Assembly: GCF_009914755.1 (NCBI RefSeq)
Contig: NC_060933.1
Length of the DNA: 64,000 nt
Origin: the human T2T-CHM13v2.0 reference genome, Homo sapiens
Direction: 5' to 3' (one strand)
Below, one piece after another: positions 16,359 through 31,395 of the stretch. A program made the position numbers and the translations under genes. The notes below the pieces were generated by a model. That model saw nothing but the letters and a program-made list of their open reading frames with translations, was not told the DNA's origin and did no database searches. Numbering within the stretch: position 1 is the stretch's first letter; every line of letters starts with the position of its first letter.

Positions 16359-18739
16359 AGGGTTTTCTATAATACATATAAGTCATATCATCTGCAAAAA
16401 GATAATTTTACTTCCCCCTGTCTAATTTCGATTTTTTTTTTTTTTGCTTACTTCCTTTGGCTAGAACTTCCATTACCATGTTAAATAGAAGCCACAAAAC
16501 CAAGCCTCCTTGTCTTCTTCATGAGCTTAGAGGAAAAGCTTTCAGTCTTTCACCATTGAGTATGATGTTAGCTGTGGGCTTTTCACATACGGTTCTTATG
16601 TTGAGGTAATCTCCTTCTATACCTAGTTTGTACTGTGTTTTTATCACAAAAGGGTAATGACTTTTGTCAGACGCTTTTTGTGCAGAGATGATCGTATGGT
16701 TTTTGTCCTTAACGTGGTATATCACACTGATTGATTTTCATATGTTGAACCACTCTTGTAATCATGGGATAAATCCTACTTGGTCATGGCACACAATCCT
16801 TTTAAATATGCTGCTGAATTCCATTGGCTAGTATTTTGTTCAAGGTTTTCACATCGATGTTCGTAAGGGATACTGGCCTATAGTTAGTTATCTTATAGTG
16901 TCTTTTTGTTTTTGGTATCAGGGTAATGCTGACCTTATTGAGTTAGAAAGTGTTCCTTTTTCCTCAAATTTTCAGAAGAGTTTGAGAAGGACTGGTTTTA
17001 GTTTTTTAAGTGTTTGGTAGAATTTACTGGTGATGCTATCATGTCCAGGGTTTTGCTTTCTCAGGAGGTTTTGGATTACTTAATCTCCTTATTAGTTAGG
17101 GGTCTGTTCAGATTTTCTATTTCTTTATGATTTAGTTCTGGTGTTTTGTTTTTCTAGGAATTTGTCCATTTCATGTAGACTATCCAATTTGTTGTCCTAC
17201 AATACTGATCATTTTTACGTACTGATCAGCTTTATTTCTGTAGTATCAGTGGTAATGCCATTTTCATTTCTAATTTTAGTAATTTGAGTCTTCTTCCTTT
17301 TATACTTCATCATTCTAGCTAAAGGTTTATCATTTTTGTTATTCTTCTTAAAGAACCAACCCTTGGTTTTGTTCATTTTCTCTATTGGTTTTCTACTCTC
17401 TATTTTATAAATTACAATAATATACTACTTGCAATTTTTGTATATAATAATACACAAAAATTATACTACTTGCAAACGACAAATTATTTTACAAATTACA
17501 ATAATTTACATATTATAATATTTGCAAGTTACAATAACAAGTTACAGTAATAATATTTTACAAATTATCTTGTTACAATAAAACTAGCTTTTATAGTGGT
17601 CCTTGTATTTGCCTTTATCAGAAATCTTTATTTCCTCTTCTCAAATGGCTGTGTGTTACTGTCTAGTGTGCCTTCATTTCAACCTAAAAGACTCCCCCTT
17701 TAGAGTTTCTTGCAAGTCAGATCTAGTGATTAAAAACTCCCTTTTAAGTGTTTGGTAGAATTTACTGGCGATGTTATTATATCCAAGGTTTTGCTTTGTC
17801 AGGAGGCTTTGGACTACTTAATCCCCTTACTAGTTAGGGGTCTATTCAGATTTTCTATTTGTTTTTTGCAAGTTACAATATTTACAAGTTACAGTAATAA
17901 TATTTTACAAATTATCTCGTTACGATAATACTAGCTTTTATAATGGTCCATGTATTTGCCTTTATCAGAAAGGCAAACTGATTGCCTGGGCAAAGTCTTA
18001 ATTTTTCCATTATTTTTGAAGGAGTTTTGCCAGATGTAGAATTCTTAACAGGTTTTCCCTCACTTATGCATTTTGAATATATCAACCCACTGCCTTCTGG
18101 CCTGCAATGTTTCTGATGAGAGATCTGCTGACAATCTCAGTGGTATCCCCTGTATGTGGTAGGTCACTTCTCTCTTGCTGCTTTCAAGACTGTCTGTGGC
18201 ATTATAGCTTGATTATAATGCATGTTCACATGGGCCTCTGAGTTTATCCTGCTTGGAGTTTGTTGAGCTTCTTGGATATTCCTGCATATATCAAATCTGG
18301 GGAGTTTTCAGCCAAATCATCTGTCTGCTCCTTTACTTCTCTTCTCCCTCTGGAACTCCCACGATCTGTATCTTGGTCTACTTGGGTGTGTCTCAGGGAT
18401 CCCTTAAATTCTGTTCATTTATGTTATGCTCTTTATTCTTTCTGTTCCTCAGACTTGCTAATTCTTTAATGATTCTAGCTTCACACGCACTGATTCTTCT
18501 GCCTGCTCAAATATGCTTTTGAATCCCTCCAGTGAATTTTTCATCTCAGTTTTAGTACATTTCCAGAATTTCCTTTTGGTTCCCTTTTATGTGTTCTTTT
18601 TATAACTGATATTAGTATTTCTTCATAAATCGTTTCCTTGACTTTTCCCACATATTCTTTTAACTCTTGGGTATCTTTAAGATGGTTATTTAAAATTTTT
18701 TGCCTACTAAGTCCACAATTTGATCTTTCTCAGGGATAG

Positions 18740-19065
<326 letters not shown>

Positions 19066-19704
19066 TGAATAGGCTATACTTTCCTGTTTCTTTGTATGCC
19101 ATGTAATTTTTCAATAAAAACTGAAATGTGATGTTTTGCCATTATATTTAAAACTACAAATACAGCAGTAACTCTGGAGATCAGTCTCCCCCTTTCCCCA
19201 AGGCTTGCTGAGCTTTTTTTCCAATATTGGATTTTTGTAACAAAACTATATTTCTTGTTTCTTAATTAACTAACAAGAGAGTTAAATAAATCCTACTATC
19301 TTCATACCATTTATTATTGTATAGTCATTCATTTATTCAAAAAATATCTATTAAGTGCCAGGCACTGTTACAATTGCTGAAAACAGAGCAACTTGTTAAG
19401 AATATAGTTTCCATTAAGACAGGCTCTTACAGTCTACGCTACTCATTGATGTATCCTAGAATTATATAGGATGCACCCAATAAATATTTGATGAATAAAT
19501 AAATGCATTTCAATGTGATGTATTTGTAGAATTACTTATGAAAATAAGTTACTATACTTTTCATCTGAAATCAAAGGTTTCACGGCACTCTAAAAATAAA
19601 GGCAGTTTCATGTTCTGACACATAAACTAAATGAATATGGTCTGTTTCTACATATTCATATACTCATACTGTATACTATTCTTTAACCACCCCTAGAAAC
19701 ATAC

Positions 19705-19935
19705 CTTTGCAATGTACTGCAATGGCACCCTCAGCATTTTCACAGATATCTAGGAATTCTTTGACAATGGCATCAGTAGGGGTGCTGCCATCCGCAAAGA
19801 AAAGATCATGGTGATCGAAGCCAGCATCCGTAAAGCGTTTGGCATCATACATCCTTTTATTCAGACGAATAATGGTAGTAACATTGTGATTCTTAAAATA
19901 TTGAATATAAGTCTCAGGAGAATGTTGGTGGTAAC
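19705..19935 (-). CDS. CDC14B: CDC14B exon 9 (YHQHSPETY...FFADGSTP...IAVHCK)
   Basis: tgtag|GTTACC ... TGCAAAG|gtatgt; 231 nt; carries the general-acid Asp loop and catalytic Cys. Confidence 0.98.
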
Positions 19936-20232
19936 CTACATAAAGAAATGCACCAGATCTTATAAAACACATAAAGAAAACAATGGCTAATAGTTTCACC
20001 TGTAACTGAACGGAAACAGTATCTGGACTGGGAATTAAATACCAATTTGATTATAACTGTAAAAAACAAAAGAAAAGAAAGTTAAAATCCAGTCAGAATG
20101 ATCTACTGAAGTGACCAAGTATGCTTAAATAATAATTAACACTTGGTCAAGCTTGGTGTAACTCTTTCAAAAGAAAATATAGGATAGATATTTTCAATAA
20201 CAAAATGAGATTAATGCCATAATTTCACATAC

Positions 20233-20320
20233 CACTTTCAAGTCTGGCTCTTGAATGAGGTCCACAGAAGGCAATAAATCGGTCTGGTATTATCCAATTT
20301 AAATCTCCATTTTCTGCTTT
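20233..20320 (-). CDS. CDC14B: CDC14B exon 8 ([29 protein letters not shown])
   Basis: ttgcag|AAAGCA ... AGTG|gtatgt; 88 nt; ENGDLNW motif. Confidence 0.97.
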
Positions 20321-20885
20321 CTGCAAGGGGAAGACCAGCACAATTCGTTTTTAAATGTATTCTCCCCACAACCTCTCTACTCAAGACTGAGTCTCTGAAG
20401 GACTTCAAACTCATTTGCTTTAGCGGAAAAGCTGTTTACAAATTGCCATGAGACAGGAATCTCAATTTGCCCTGCTATAAGTATATCTAGGGAATGGACG
20501 TATATCCTGTTCCTAATCATCTTCTTTTAACAGTGTTTCATTGCTAGGGTATCAGCCCTTGGAATACAGAGCTGACTGCTGCCATACAAATATACTATTT
20601 GGTTATTTTATCTGAATCAATTCTCATTATAGTTGCTGCTAATTAATAAGAAAGCAAGCAAACTTTTCCAGTATAAGGAATCTGGGAACTTCCCTGTTTT
20701 CCTGAATGACTAACTGGCTTCCAACATGAGCAATCTTGACTCCACGAATAAAGGGGGAAAAACTATCTACTTAGGTTTCTGGCTTCCCAATATTTACTTA
20801 CTTACCTACTTACAGAGATATATCTTTCCACTATCTTCCTAACTATTTAATAAGGCAACCAATTTAAAAAGTTCATTTGTTCGTG

Positions 20886-21147
<262 letters not shown>

Positions 21148-21569
21148 TTACAAGTATACCAAGATCACAGTATGTCCCTACAAAAAAACAAATATAAACT
21201 GATATGTAAGACATGTTACTTCCTGTTATTAGGTCCTTTGGATTGAGTTACCATTACTATTATAACATAGATACAGTTCAAATTTAACAATAATAGAAAC
21301 TTCTGTCTTAATGAAATGGACAACAGAGACTTAAGCAGGAAGTAGAAGACACTTGATAGTGCAGAAGGAGAGGACTCGTGATTAAAAACAACAGATAAAT
21401 TAGCTTTGAAATTGGGGTGTTTCTACGTGTACCTAAAAATGAGTAAAAAATAACAGAGTTTCTTGAATATCTACAGGGACCAAGCAGGTAATCCCAAACC
21501 AGTTTACTGGACTTAATGATCAACATGGGGAATCAGTCAGCCCATGTTCCATAATACAAAGGTCTAAAC

Positions 21570-21700
21570 AGCCGGGTGCAGTGGCATGCACCTGTAGTCC
21601 TAGCTACTTGGGAGGCTGAGGCAGAAGGATCACTTAAGCCCAGGAATTTGAGTCCAGCCAGGGCAACACAGTGAGACCCTCTCTCTTTAAATAAAAAGAA
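21570..21700 (+). mobile_element. Alu monomer (FLAM-like)
   Basis: Single arm plus A-rich tail. Confidence 0.8.
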
Positions 21701-22786
21701 AAGGAAAGGTCAAAGCAGGAATGAGGGCAGCTGTTGCCAGATATTCTGATTTTAAAGTGAAATCAGAAATCTGGACTTTTAAATAACAAACCCGTGATCA
21801 GTTGTTGGCAACAACTAGATTTCACTGAATTGCTGATGCCATTAATTAAGATACATCCTGAATTCAGAGGAGCTGAAATAGGAAAAAATGGGCATTGTAG
21901 AATCAATGAATGACACTATCCCCAAATTTCTAAATACACTATAATAACTGAACTGGTGTGTGGGAACCTAAACAGTTCCCTGTGTCACCACACAGCTTCA
22001 TGGAGGTGAAGACGTTTGTGGTGTGCCCCTGCTACCCCCCAGCCCAGACCCTCCAATCTCTACAGTAGTAACAGGGGAGTTACTTAGTGCCTATATTATT
22101 CATTAATAGCACACAAAGGCATCACTACAAAAGGAACAAATACCAACTAGTGTTTTTAGCAGTTTTGCTTACATAGACAAAGTAACTTGTTTCAAATGTT
22201 TAATGTTTTAAGGACAAGCGCAAAAAAGGTGTTAATAACTTAGCTATATTCTGTAAGTTTAAGGTGCTAGTTAAATGTACGTTGTACTTTAGAAATGGAC
22301 TGCTATCAGAGAAGTAAAGACAGGGTTGGCCCTAATGAATCCTACAATGTATTCTTACATCTTTGGTACATCACAGAAACAACTGAGTGTCATTATTAAC
22401 TGAAATTGAAAAAACAGTTCAGTTAAACGTAAGAGTTTGAAATAATATTTACTTTGGACGTTGTGAAAAAGAATTCTCTGAGGATTCAAGATGCTGCCAC
22501 ATGAAGTGCTGCTGTTTGAGGAATCATCTCCCCAGTGCTGGGGAGCAAGTCTGCTCAAGGTAACTACAGCAGGGTAAGAAGACAGGAGGCTACAACTACT
22601 CTGGGCTGAAAAGGGCTTTAGCACAGTATCTTACTCATTCCCTATTTGGAGGATAAAGCTGTAGAATCAAATTATTTATTCTTTTTAAAATATATATACT
22701 ATGTTAAAAAACATAGAACACACCTGTGGTTTTGCCTGGCTTATCTCTCCCTGGCCCTGTCCTATGTTTTTAAGAAATTTTGTGTG

Positions 22787-23100
22787 GTTGGGTGCCGTGG
22801 CTTACATCTGTAATCCCAGCACTTTGGGAGACTGAGGCAGGTAGATCCCTTGAGTGCAGGAGTTTGTGACCAGGCTGGGAAACATGGCGAAATCCCATCT
22901 CTACAAAAAAATTACAAAATTAGCTGGGCATGGTGGCACGTGCCTGTAGTCCCCGTTACTGGGAGGCTGAGGTGGGAGGATCACTTGAACCTGGGAGAGA
23001 GAATGCAGTGAGCCAAGATCGCACCACTGCACTCCAGCCTGGGCAGCAGAGTGAGACCCTGTCTCTAAAAAAGAAAGAAAGAAAAATAAAATAAAATAAA
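22787..23100 (+). mobile_element. AluJ
   Basis: Full length, diverged. Confidence 0.88.
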
Positions 23101-23509
23101 ACTGTTAGAAAATAAATTTTTTTTTGGTCCGGCTGGTTTGATGGGGCTGACCCTATGCCCCAGGCTCCTGGGATGGCCAGAGAACTAAGGCTGGCCAGAG
23201 TATTCCTTAGCCCTGCCCTGCCAAAGAACACAGGCTGGTGCAGAGATGGGCACATGACGTAAGTCAGGCCAGTGAGAGGCATTCCTGGGCCTTCTGATGG
23301 AGCTAAGATTACACTTTTCTGATCATTTTGCCAAACTGGCAGGTCAAAGTTGCTGGTGGCCATCTTTATCACTACTGGAGAAGGCTGGCCTGAGAATAAA
23401 ACTAACTTCAAGTCCAATTTCTGATTAAGTGTCTGAGCACCTGAAGGGGCATGCTAGAAGCCAATCCTATTCCTGGACTTTTAATTTATGTAATCCAGTA
23501 AATTTTTCC

Positions 23510-23797
23510 CTTTTTTTTGAGACAGAATCTTGCTCTGTCACCCAGGCTGGAGTGCAGTGGGGTGATCTTGGCTCACGGCAACCTCTGCCTCCCGGGTTCA
23601 AGTGATTCTCCTGCCTCAGCCTCCTGAGTAGCTGGGACTACAGGCGCCCACCACCACGCCTGGCTAACTTTTTGTATTTTAGAGATGAGGTTTCACCATG
23701 TTGCCCAGGCTGATCTCAAACTCCTGAGCTCAGGCAATCTGCCCCTCTAGGCCTCCCAAAGTGCTAGGATTACAGGCATGAGCCACTGCGCCTGGCA
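23510..23797 (-). mobile_element. AluS within an old MLT1-like LTR (~23130-23870)
   Basis: Reverse Alu; flanks resemble an MLT1 3' end (aacttgcaaccagaagtgtcctgac). Confidence 0.85.
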
Positions 23798-24214
23798 GAT
23801 TTTTCCTTTTTTATTTAAGCTATTTGTGTTTACTTTCTGTAACTTGCAACCAGAAGTGTCCTGACAAACCGAAGGTTATGGCAAAAACAAAGATATTTTC
23901 CAGAGATAATTAGGTGTATAATGACTATTCATCTCATCTTATTCTATGCTAAGGGTTTTAAAAGCATCTCAATCACTGTGTGACAGCCATCAATACTAAA
24001 ATACATTTAAACTAAACAGTATAAAGAACACACGGGGCACACTCATTCACTCTAGAATTGTGCATCAAATGCAGAAATTCCCACTGAGAATTGGGACAGG
24101 AGAAATAGGGATAAGAAGATGAAGACTTGACTTTTTTTCACTCTATACACGTCTAAAACAAAACAAGAATATTGCTTCTGTAAGTGAAATGGGTGATTAA
24201 GAAAGCTAAAAACA

Positions 24215-24810
24215 GGGCCGTGCACAGTGGCACACATCTGTGATCCTAGCACTTTGGGAGGCCAAGGTGGGAGAAGTGCTTGAGGCCAGGAGTTCAACTC
24301 TAGCCTGGGCAACAAAGTGAAACCCCATCTCTACAAAAATAAAAATTAAAAAATTAGCCTGGCATGGTGGTACATACCTGTGATTCCAGCTACTTGGGAG
24401 GCTGAAGAGAGAGGATCATTTAATCCCAGAAGTTCAAGGCTGCAGTGAGCCATGTATACCACTGCACTTCAGCCTAGGTAACAGAGCGAGACTTGGTCTC
24501 TCTCTTTTTTTTTCAATTTAAAAAAAGAAAAATTAAAAACAGGCAGAGAAATTTTGGTCAGAGTACAAACCATCAGAGGATAAGTAAATTCTGGAGATCT
24601 AATGTGTGTACTGTATGCTTGAAATCTGCTAGAGTACATCTCAGGTATTCTCATCACACACGCCAAAAGACTAAATTATGTGAGGTGATGAATATGTTAA
24701 TTAGCTTGATTAGGTAATCATTTCATGGTGTATACATATATCAAAACATTACTTTGTACATCTTAAGTATATATAAGTTTTATTTGTCAATTATTCCCCT
24801 CAATAAAGCT
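24215..24810 (+). mobile_element. AluJ followed by L1 3'-end fragment
   Basis: Alu ~24215-24495; L1M tail (tgtgaggtgatgaatatgttaattagcttga...aataaagct). Confidence 0.82.
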
Positions 24811-24855
24811 GGGCGGGGGGAGGAAGAGTTGAAAACATGATCCTTGAAGACTTAC

Positions 24856-24918
24856 TTCATAGTGTTCATATTCATCAAGGTTAAATGAGTTGAAATTAAG
24901 GAAGCCATACTGCATTGC
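24856..24918 (-). CDS. CDC14B: CDC14B exon 7 ([21 protein letters not shown])
   Basis: ttttag|GCAATG ... TATGAA|gtaagt; 63 nt. Confidence 0.96.
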
Positions 24919-26128
24919 CTAAAATCCAAAAGAAAGCTTTTAAGAACAAGGATGCAAATAAGAAAACAGTTTCCTATCCAATTTCAGAATACTAAATATC
25001 AGGGGCCCCCCAAGAAAGTATTGTCATGATCAGATTACTTTCCACTGAACAGCTTTCAAAGGAAGTGGGCGGCGTCTTCTAAGTGCTTCTTTTATATGGA
25101 AATTAATTATAACTATATGTAATAAGTTTGTTGTGTTTTGTTTGGATTTTGTTTGTGAGATGTGCTTTTTTATTTTCATTCACCAGTCATCCTATCCATG
25201 TATTGTTAAATAATCACGCCCTGAAAGTAATCCTCTTCTCTTACCAGATCACTACCACCCCTGGCTGAAAATTCAGAAGTTTAGGATTCAAATATAATGC
25301 ACAACCCAATGGTCTCTACATCGATAAGAAAGAGGAGAGAATCCATGTGCTAGTTTATCCCAAACAAAACCCTCATACTTCATCCATATCTTCATTTTCA
25401 AATTCTTCCGAACAGTCTTTAATCAATGTTCCCTAAAGTAAACAGCTCTGACATCAACACTAAAATCAAAACTTTTGAGGAAAAAAAAGATATTCTTTCC
25501 ATAGGAATAAAACAAAAAAAATTTCTGTCCTATCCTATAGCCTTACTCTGTGTGATAGCAGGCAGAGTATGATAACCAAAATAAGCAGAGTGTCTATTTT
25601 CTGAGACAAGGACAAACAGACCTAGCAGCCTCTGAGAAATATCCTCCTGGCTGCTGATCCCTGAGCCAAACAGGAGGGAAGCAAGAATTGCTGATCCACA
25701 AGGTATTCTTGGTTCAAAGAGGGGGCTTTTGTACACCCAGTTTTCAAAAGTAAACTACTGAAATACAAATGTAAAATAAGAAGGCTAGAATATCAACTAA
25801 AAAGGTCTTCATTTTATATAGTTATTTAAACACTAATCCCAAGACTAAGTCAATCACAAAATTTATTTCCTTGACTGCAATATATTTCATGATTTTGGAC
25901 TACAGCTATTTCTAATAGAATGAAACAATAAAAAAAAGTAGTTTATAAGGAATTCCTATTTTCCTTTGAATTTCATGAGGTGATCTTATTGGAAGTGAAT
26001 CACACTGAAAACATAATTACATTGATGCATGTTTCTTCATATATGCAATATTCAAAATCAGTCACAAATAAAAAATGCTTACACTGCAAATCAGAAGATA
26101 GTGACCCTTAAATAAAACTAAATATAGT

Positions 26129-26272
26129 GGCTGGGTGCGGTGGTGCACGCCTGTAATCCCAGCACTTTGGGAGGCCAAGGTGAGTGGATCGCTTGAGCTC
26201 AGGAGTTTGAGACCAGCCTAGGCAACATAGTGAGACCTCATCTCCACAAAAAATATAAAAATTAGCTGAGCA
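26129..26272 (+). mobile_element. Alu left monomer
   Basis: Left arm only. Confidence 0.82.
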
Positions 26273-27603
26273 TAGCAGAAAAAATGAAAATTTAATTTTA
26301 AAAAAACCCAAAATATAGTATGCAAATGGCAATCTTTGACCTATCGTACCAGCTAATTGACTTTGGGTGCAATACCCAATTAAAAAAAAAAAAGCCAAAA
26401 AATAATAATAGAAGCTGCCATATGGTGTTATAATAGATCATTTCCAAACCCCTCAAAGCTTTACTTTTCTCTTTTTAAAGGTGAGTGTGCCTGCCTGCAT
26501 GAGCCCACCTGGCAGGGGCTGCAACTGCAACCAGAAGGTACCATTTACACCTGTTGCCCTTTGGTCTCCTGATTTCCACCAGTGCCCCATACCTGCCCAC
26601 ACTGAGGGCCCATGGAGCCGCCTCAGAGCTCATGGCAACTACCCCAATCAGCTCCATATCCCACAGTCACTGGGCTCAAATCCAAACAATGTGCCCATAC
26701 CTCATTGATTGATACAGGGAAAAAAGTATATCAATTAGTCTCTGAATTTGTATGCTGATTAGTCCTCTCGTTTTAAGACATGTCTGTCACAATTCCCAGC
26801 AAGCCACCATGTTTCATTATACAAGAAAGTAAACCTGGGTTCCTTTTGGCTCTAAAAGCACAAGTTACAGAAAAATGCTGTCAAAGGCTTATTTGATCCA
26901 TGGGCTACTGATTTACCATTCTAGTTTCTCCTGCTGTCCTGACATTAATACCAGGACTTGCTGCACTGTGTGACCCCAGGGGACCCTGTTCACGTAGAAC
27001 GTGATAGGGAGGGTGTCCCCTGGAATCAACACAGCAGCCCTGGTTATGACCCAAGGAATCACTTGGAAATAGTTTGACAAAGCAGCAGTGACCCACTTAG
27101 TTTCACATAAAACTGTATAACAAACTAATTGAGGCATTCAAATTCTGTTGAACTAGAAATTGAACGCCTGACAAAACAAAAATGAAGTGTTTGACAGTGA
27201 CTGTGTTACGTCTGTTGTAATGGTATTGGCAGGAATCAGGTATATAGAATATACAAATCAAAGAGAACTTACCAGTAAACAAGTCATCTTTACTTTTGTT
27301 CTTTTAGATCATAATATACTCAAAACCAATTCTGGATCTAGAACCTAATCGTATAACTCTTATTTTCCCTGTTTCTTAAGTGACTTTTCCCCCAACTCAT
27401 ACATAGAAGCACTCAGAAATTCAGAATAAACTGTTTCCTGGTTTGGTCTCATTCTGACATTAGTTGGGAAATGGAGCACCTCTGTCACCATAGGCATCTT
27501 GGAAGAAACACTAACAAAAAGATCTCGGGAAGAAGGCCTAGTTTTCTTGGACCGCATGTTAGTTCCTCAACACAACACTGGGTGCATCCTACATGTCACT
27601 CAC

Positions 27604-27670
27604 CTTCTTTACTGCATGAAAACAGTCAAGAAGTGTAATGTAGAAATTGCAACTTCCATAGGCAGCATCT
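27604..27670 (-). CDS. CDC14B: CDC14B exon 6 ([22 protein letters not shown])
   Basis: tttcag|AGATGC ... AAGAAG|gtgagt; 67 nt; completes the PFRDA motif. Confidence 0.96.
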
Positions 27671-28267
27671 CTGAAACCCAAGAGTAATAAAATGTAGATC
27701 AGTTAATTTTCTGCAATTACACTTACCTAAGACAAAGGTGACTAGAATTTAAAATCAAATGTACACTCTGAACCATTATCAAGAAGAAAAAAATCTCGCC
27801 TTTTGACTTTTAAATAAAAGATAAATCAATTACAAATTTCACTGCAGTTTCTACCTATTCCAATAGGTACTGTTTTATGGGCCTGGATCAATAATGACCA
27901 CTTCCTAAATTTCAAATGTTCTCTCTGGATTATTTTTGGCTTTAACAGCTGAGCCACCTTCTTGAATTCAACAAATCAATACCTATCTCTCCCCCAAAGG
28001 GGCAAAGCATTTGAATTTTTTCTTTAAACTGGAAAATACCGTATGAAAATCTTACTGGGAAAGACTGCTTTTTGATCCTGTAATAAACATATGTGTGTAT
28101 GTGTGTCTATTTATACGTGTGTCTGTCTGTGTGTGTGTGTCTCCAACCAAGTATGACAGAAATACTGAGAAATCAAGGTCACATTTAAAATATTAGGTAG
28201 AAGGTCATAAGCATTTTGTTGCTATCGTTATCCTAAAGACTTTTACCCATTTAACTGGGTAACTTCT

Positions 28268-29210
28268 GGGTTTTTTTTTTAAACTTTTTTATAGAGATAA
28301 CGTCTTGCCCTGTTGCCCATGTTGGGGTGCAGTGCAGCTCACTGCAGCCTCAAACTCCTGGGTTTAAGTGATCCTCCCACCTCAGTGTCCCCAGTAGCAA
28401 GGACCACAGGCATGTATCACCGCATCTAGCTAACTTTTTTTTTTTTTTTTAAGGTAGAGATGGAGTCTCATTATGATACCAAGGCTGGTCTTAAACTCCC
28501 GGCCTCTGCCGGGCGCAGTGGCTCAGGCATGTAATCCCAGCACTTAGGGAGGCCGAGGCAGGTGGATCACGAGGTCAGGAGTTCAAGACCAGCCTGGCTA
28601 AGATGATGAAACCCTGTCTCTACTAAAAATACAAAAATTAGCCAGGCACGGTGGTGGGCGCCTGTAATCCCAGCTACTCAGGAGGCTAAGGCAGAGAATT
28701 GCTTGAACAAGAGAGATGGAGGTTGCAGTGAGCCGAGATCATGCCACTGCACTCCAGCCTGGGCGACAAAGTGAGACTCTATCTCAAAAAACAAAAAACA
28801 AAAAACAACAAGCCCAAAACACCCACACAACTGGCTGGGCACAGTGGCTAACGCCTGTAATCCCACCACTTTGCGAGGCCGAGGCAAGTGGATCACAAGG
28901 TGAGGAGATCGAGATCTTCCTGGCTAACACGGTGAAACCCTGTCTCTACTAAAAATACGAAAAATGAGCCGGGCGTGGTGGGGGGCACCTGTAGTCCCAG
29001 CTACTCCGAGGCTGAGGCAGGAGAATGGCGTGAACCCGGAGGCGGAGCTTGCAGTGAGCGGAGCTTGCGCCATTGCACTCCAGCCTGGGTGACAGAGCGA
29101 GACTCGAGACTCGTCTCAAAAAAAAAAAAAACTTCTAGCCTCAAGCAGTCTTCTCACCTTTTTGGCCTCCCGAAGTGTTGAGATTACAGGTGTAAACAGC
29201 TGTGCCCTAC
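28268..29210. mobile_element. Antisense AluJ interrupted by two sense Alus (~28508-28810 and ~28833-29130)
   Basis: Old Alu breaks at aactcccggcctc and resumes at aacttctagcctcaagc. Confidence 0.88.
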
Positions 29211-29714
29211 CTTCTTTCTGATTTTTAAAGGACAGTAATACCAATAAAACCACAGGAACTAACAAGTCAACTACCTTCCACAGGATCACTCTAGTTTTGG
29301 GAAAGTGCTTATATTACTTTACAGACAACTCCAGCCAAACACTGCATCAATACATACCAGTAAATCTTCCTATACAAATCTCTTAATATCAAGTAAGGTT
29401 TTACCCAGAGAAATAAGGCACCCCGACCCCTACCCTGCTTCTCCTTTTTGGCTACCTTGAGCCATTACAAGATGAAATCTTCTGGAATTAGGCAACATAA
29501 AAATTAATTTAATTATGATTAAGCTAGGCATGCAGAAAAACTGTGCCTATCTGAATGGTACTCATTTGCTCCTGGGGAAACAGGGTTGCTGGTGGAGCTA
29601 TCACTAATTCCCCACCTTATTTGGGTCTTCACACTGTAATATTTCTTACTGTGTGGTAGTTACATAAATACATGTAAAACCTTACTACTGTACACTTAAG
29701 ATTAGTGTTTTTGA

Positions 29715-30023
<309 letters not shown>

Positions 30024-30282
30024 TTAGTGTTTTTGTTAAAAACTATAAGTTATACATTAACTTAAAAGGGGAAAATGAATATTCCACAAATGTTAGAATA
30101 AAAACTAAACCACATTTTAAACTTTTAATTCTTGCTCAAACCTTAAGGGCCAAAACTACAGCAATGAGGGCAAGAAAAGGCATCCTTTTTAGCTAAAATC
30201 GTCTTCAATGTTACTGACTGAGCTGCTTAGAATTACTGAGCTATGCGAACCTTCATGAGGACAGAATGCAGGGTCTTGTTTT

Positions 30283-30574
30283 CTTTTTTTGAGACACGGT
30301 CTCACTATGTTGCCCAGGCTGGAGTGCAGTGGTGCAATCATGGCTCACTGCAGCCTTGACCTCCTGGGCTAAAGCGATCCTCCCACCTCAGCCTCTGGAG
30401 TAGCTGGGACCAAAGGTGCACACCACCAGGCCTGGCTAAGTTTTCGTATTTTTTGGTAGAGTTGGGGTTTCACCATGTTGCCCAGGCTGGTCTCGAACTC
30501 CTGAGCTCAAGCACTCTGCCTGCCTCAGCCTCCCAAAGTGCTGGGATTACAGGTGTGAGCCACTGCGTTCAGCC
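30283..30574 (-). mobile_element. AluJ
   Basis: Reverse Alu. Confidence 0.88.
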
Positions 30575-31099
30575 AACACAAGGTCTTAGAACACACCATT
30601 TTTGTTCTGTAAGGTTCTGAAGTGAAAAACTTCTCTTCCACATCCTAGAAAAAGTCTTTAACCTAAAAGGCCACGATTTTACCAACACTTTATTGGCAAT
30701 ATTCAGAAAGAAAAAAACAAAAGGACTTCCAGCAGTGGTCCCCAGGCCAGCAGCACCAGGACCACCCCACCTGTTAGAAATGCAAATTCTCAGGGCTACC
30801 CCACATCTACTGAATCAAAGTTCTCGGGATAGGGCCAGGTAATTTGTGTCTTAACAGGTCCTCTAGTTGTCTGTGATTGTGTTCAAGTTTATGAATCACC
30901 AACCTACAAATCAACACAAATCCTGGTTTTGTAGAAATAGGGTGTTCATGGAATAAAGAACCCATTTAGGTAGAGAAACTAAGGCAGGAAAATGAAGTAC
31001 TTTAGCCTAAATCAAATCAAAATTATCAATGGAAATGGGGTAAACCCTCAAGTTGGATCCCAATGATTTTAACCATGTCTTCTCTGTGAAGGAGTATGA

Positions 31100-31395
<296 letters not shown>

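Noticed and set aside
20793-20815. Three clustered GTAAGT hexamers
   Set aside because: Explained by (TAAG)n low complexity; no clear partner acceptor seen
27721-27745. Minus-strand ttag|GTAAGT resembling a recursive splice site
   Set aside because: Only 56 nt from the exon 6 acceptor, too short for a normal second intron; used as an acceptor it gives an immediate stop
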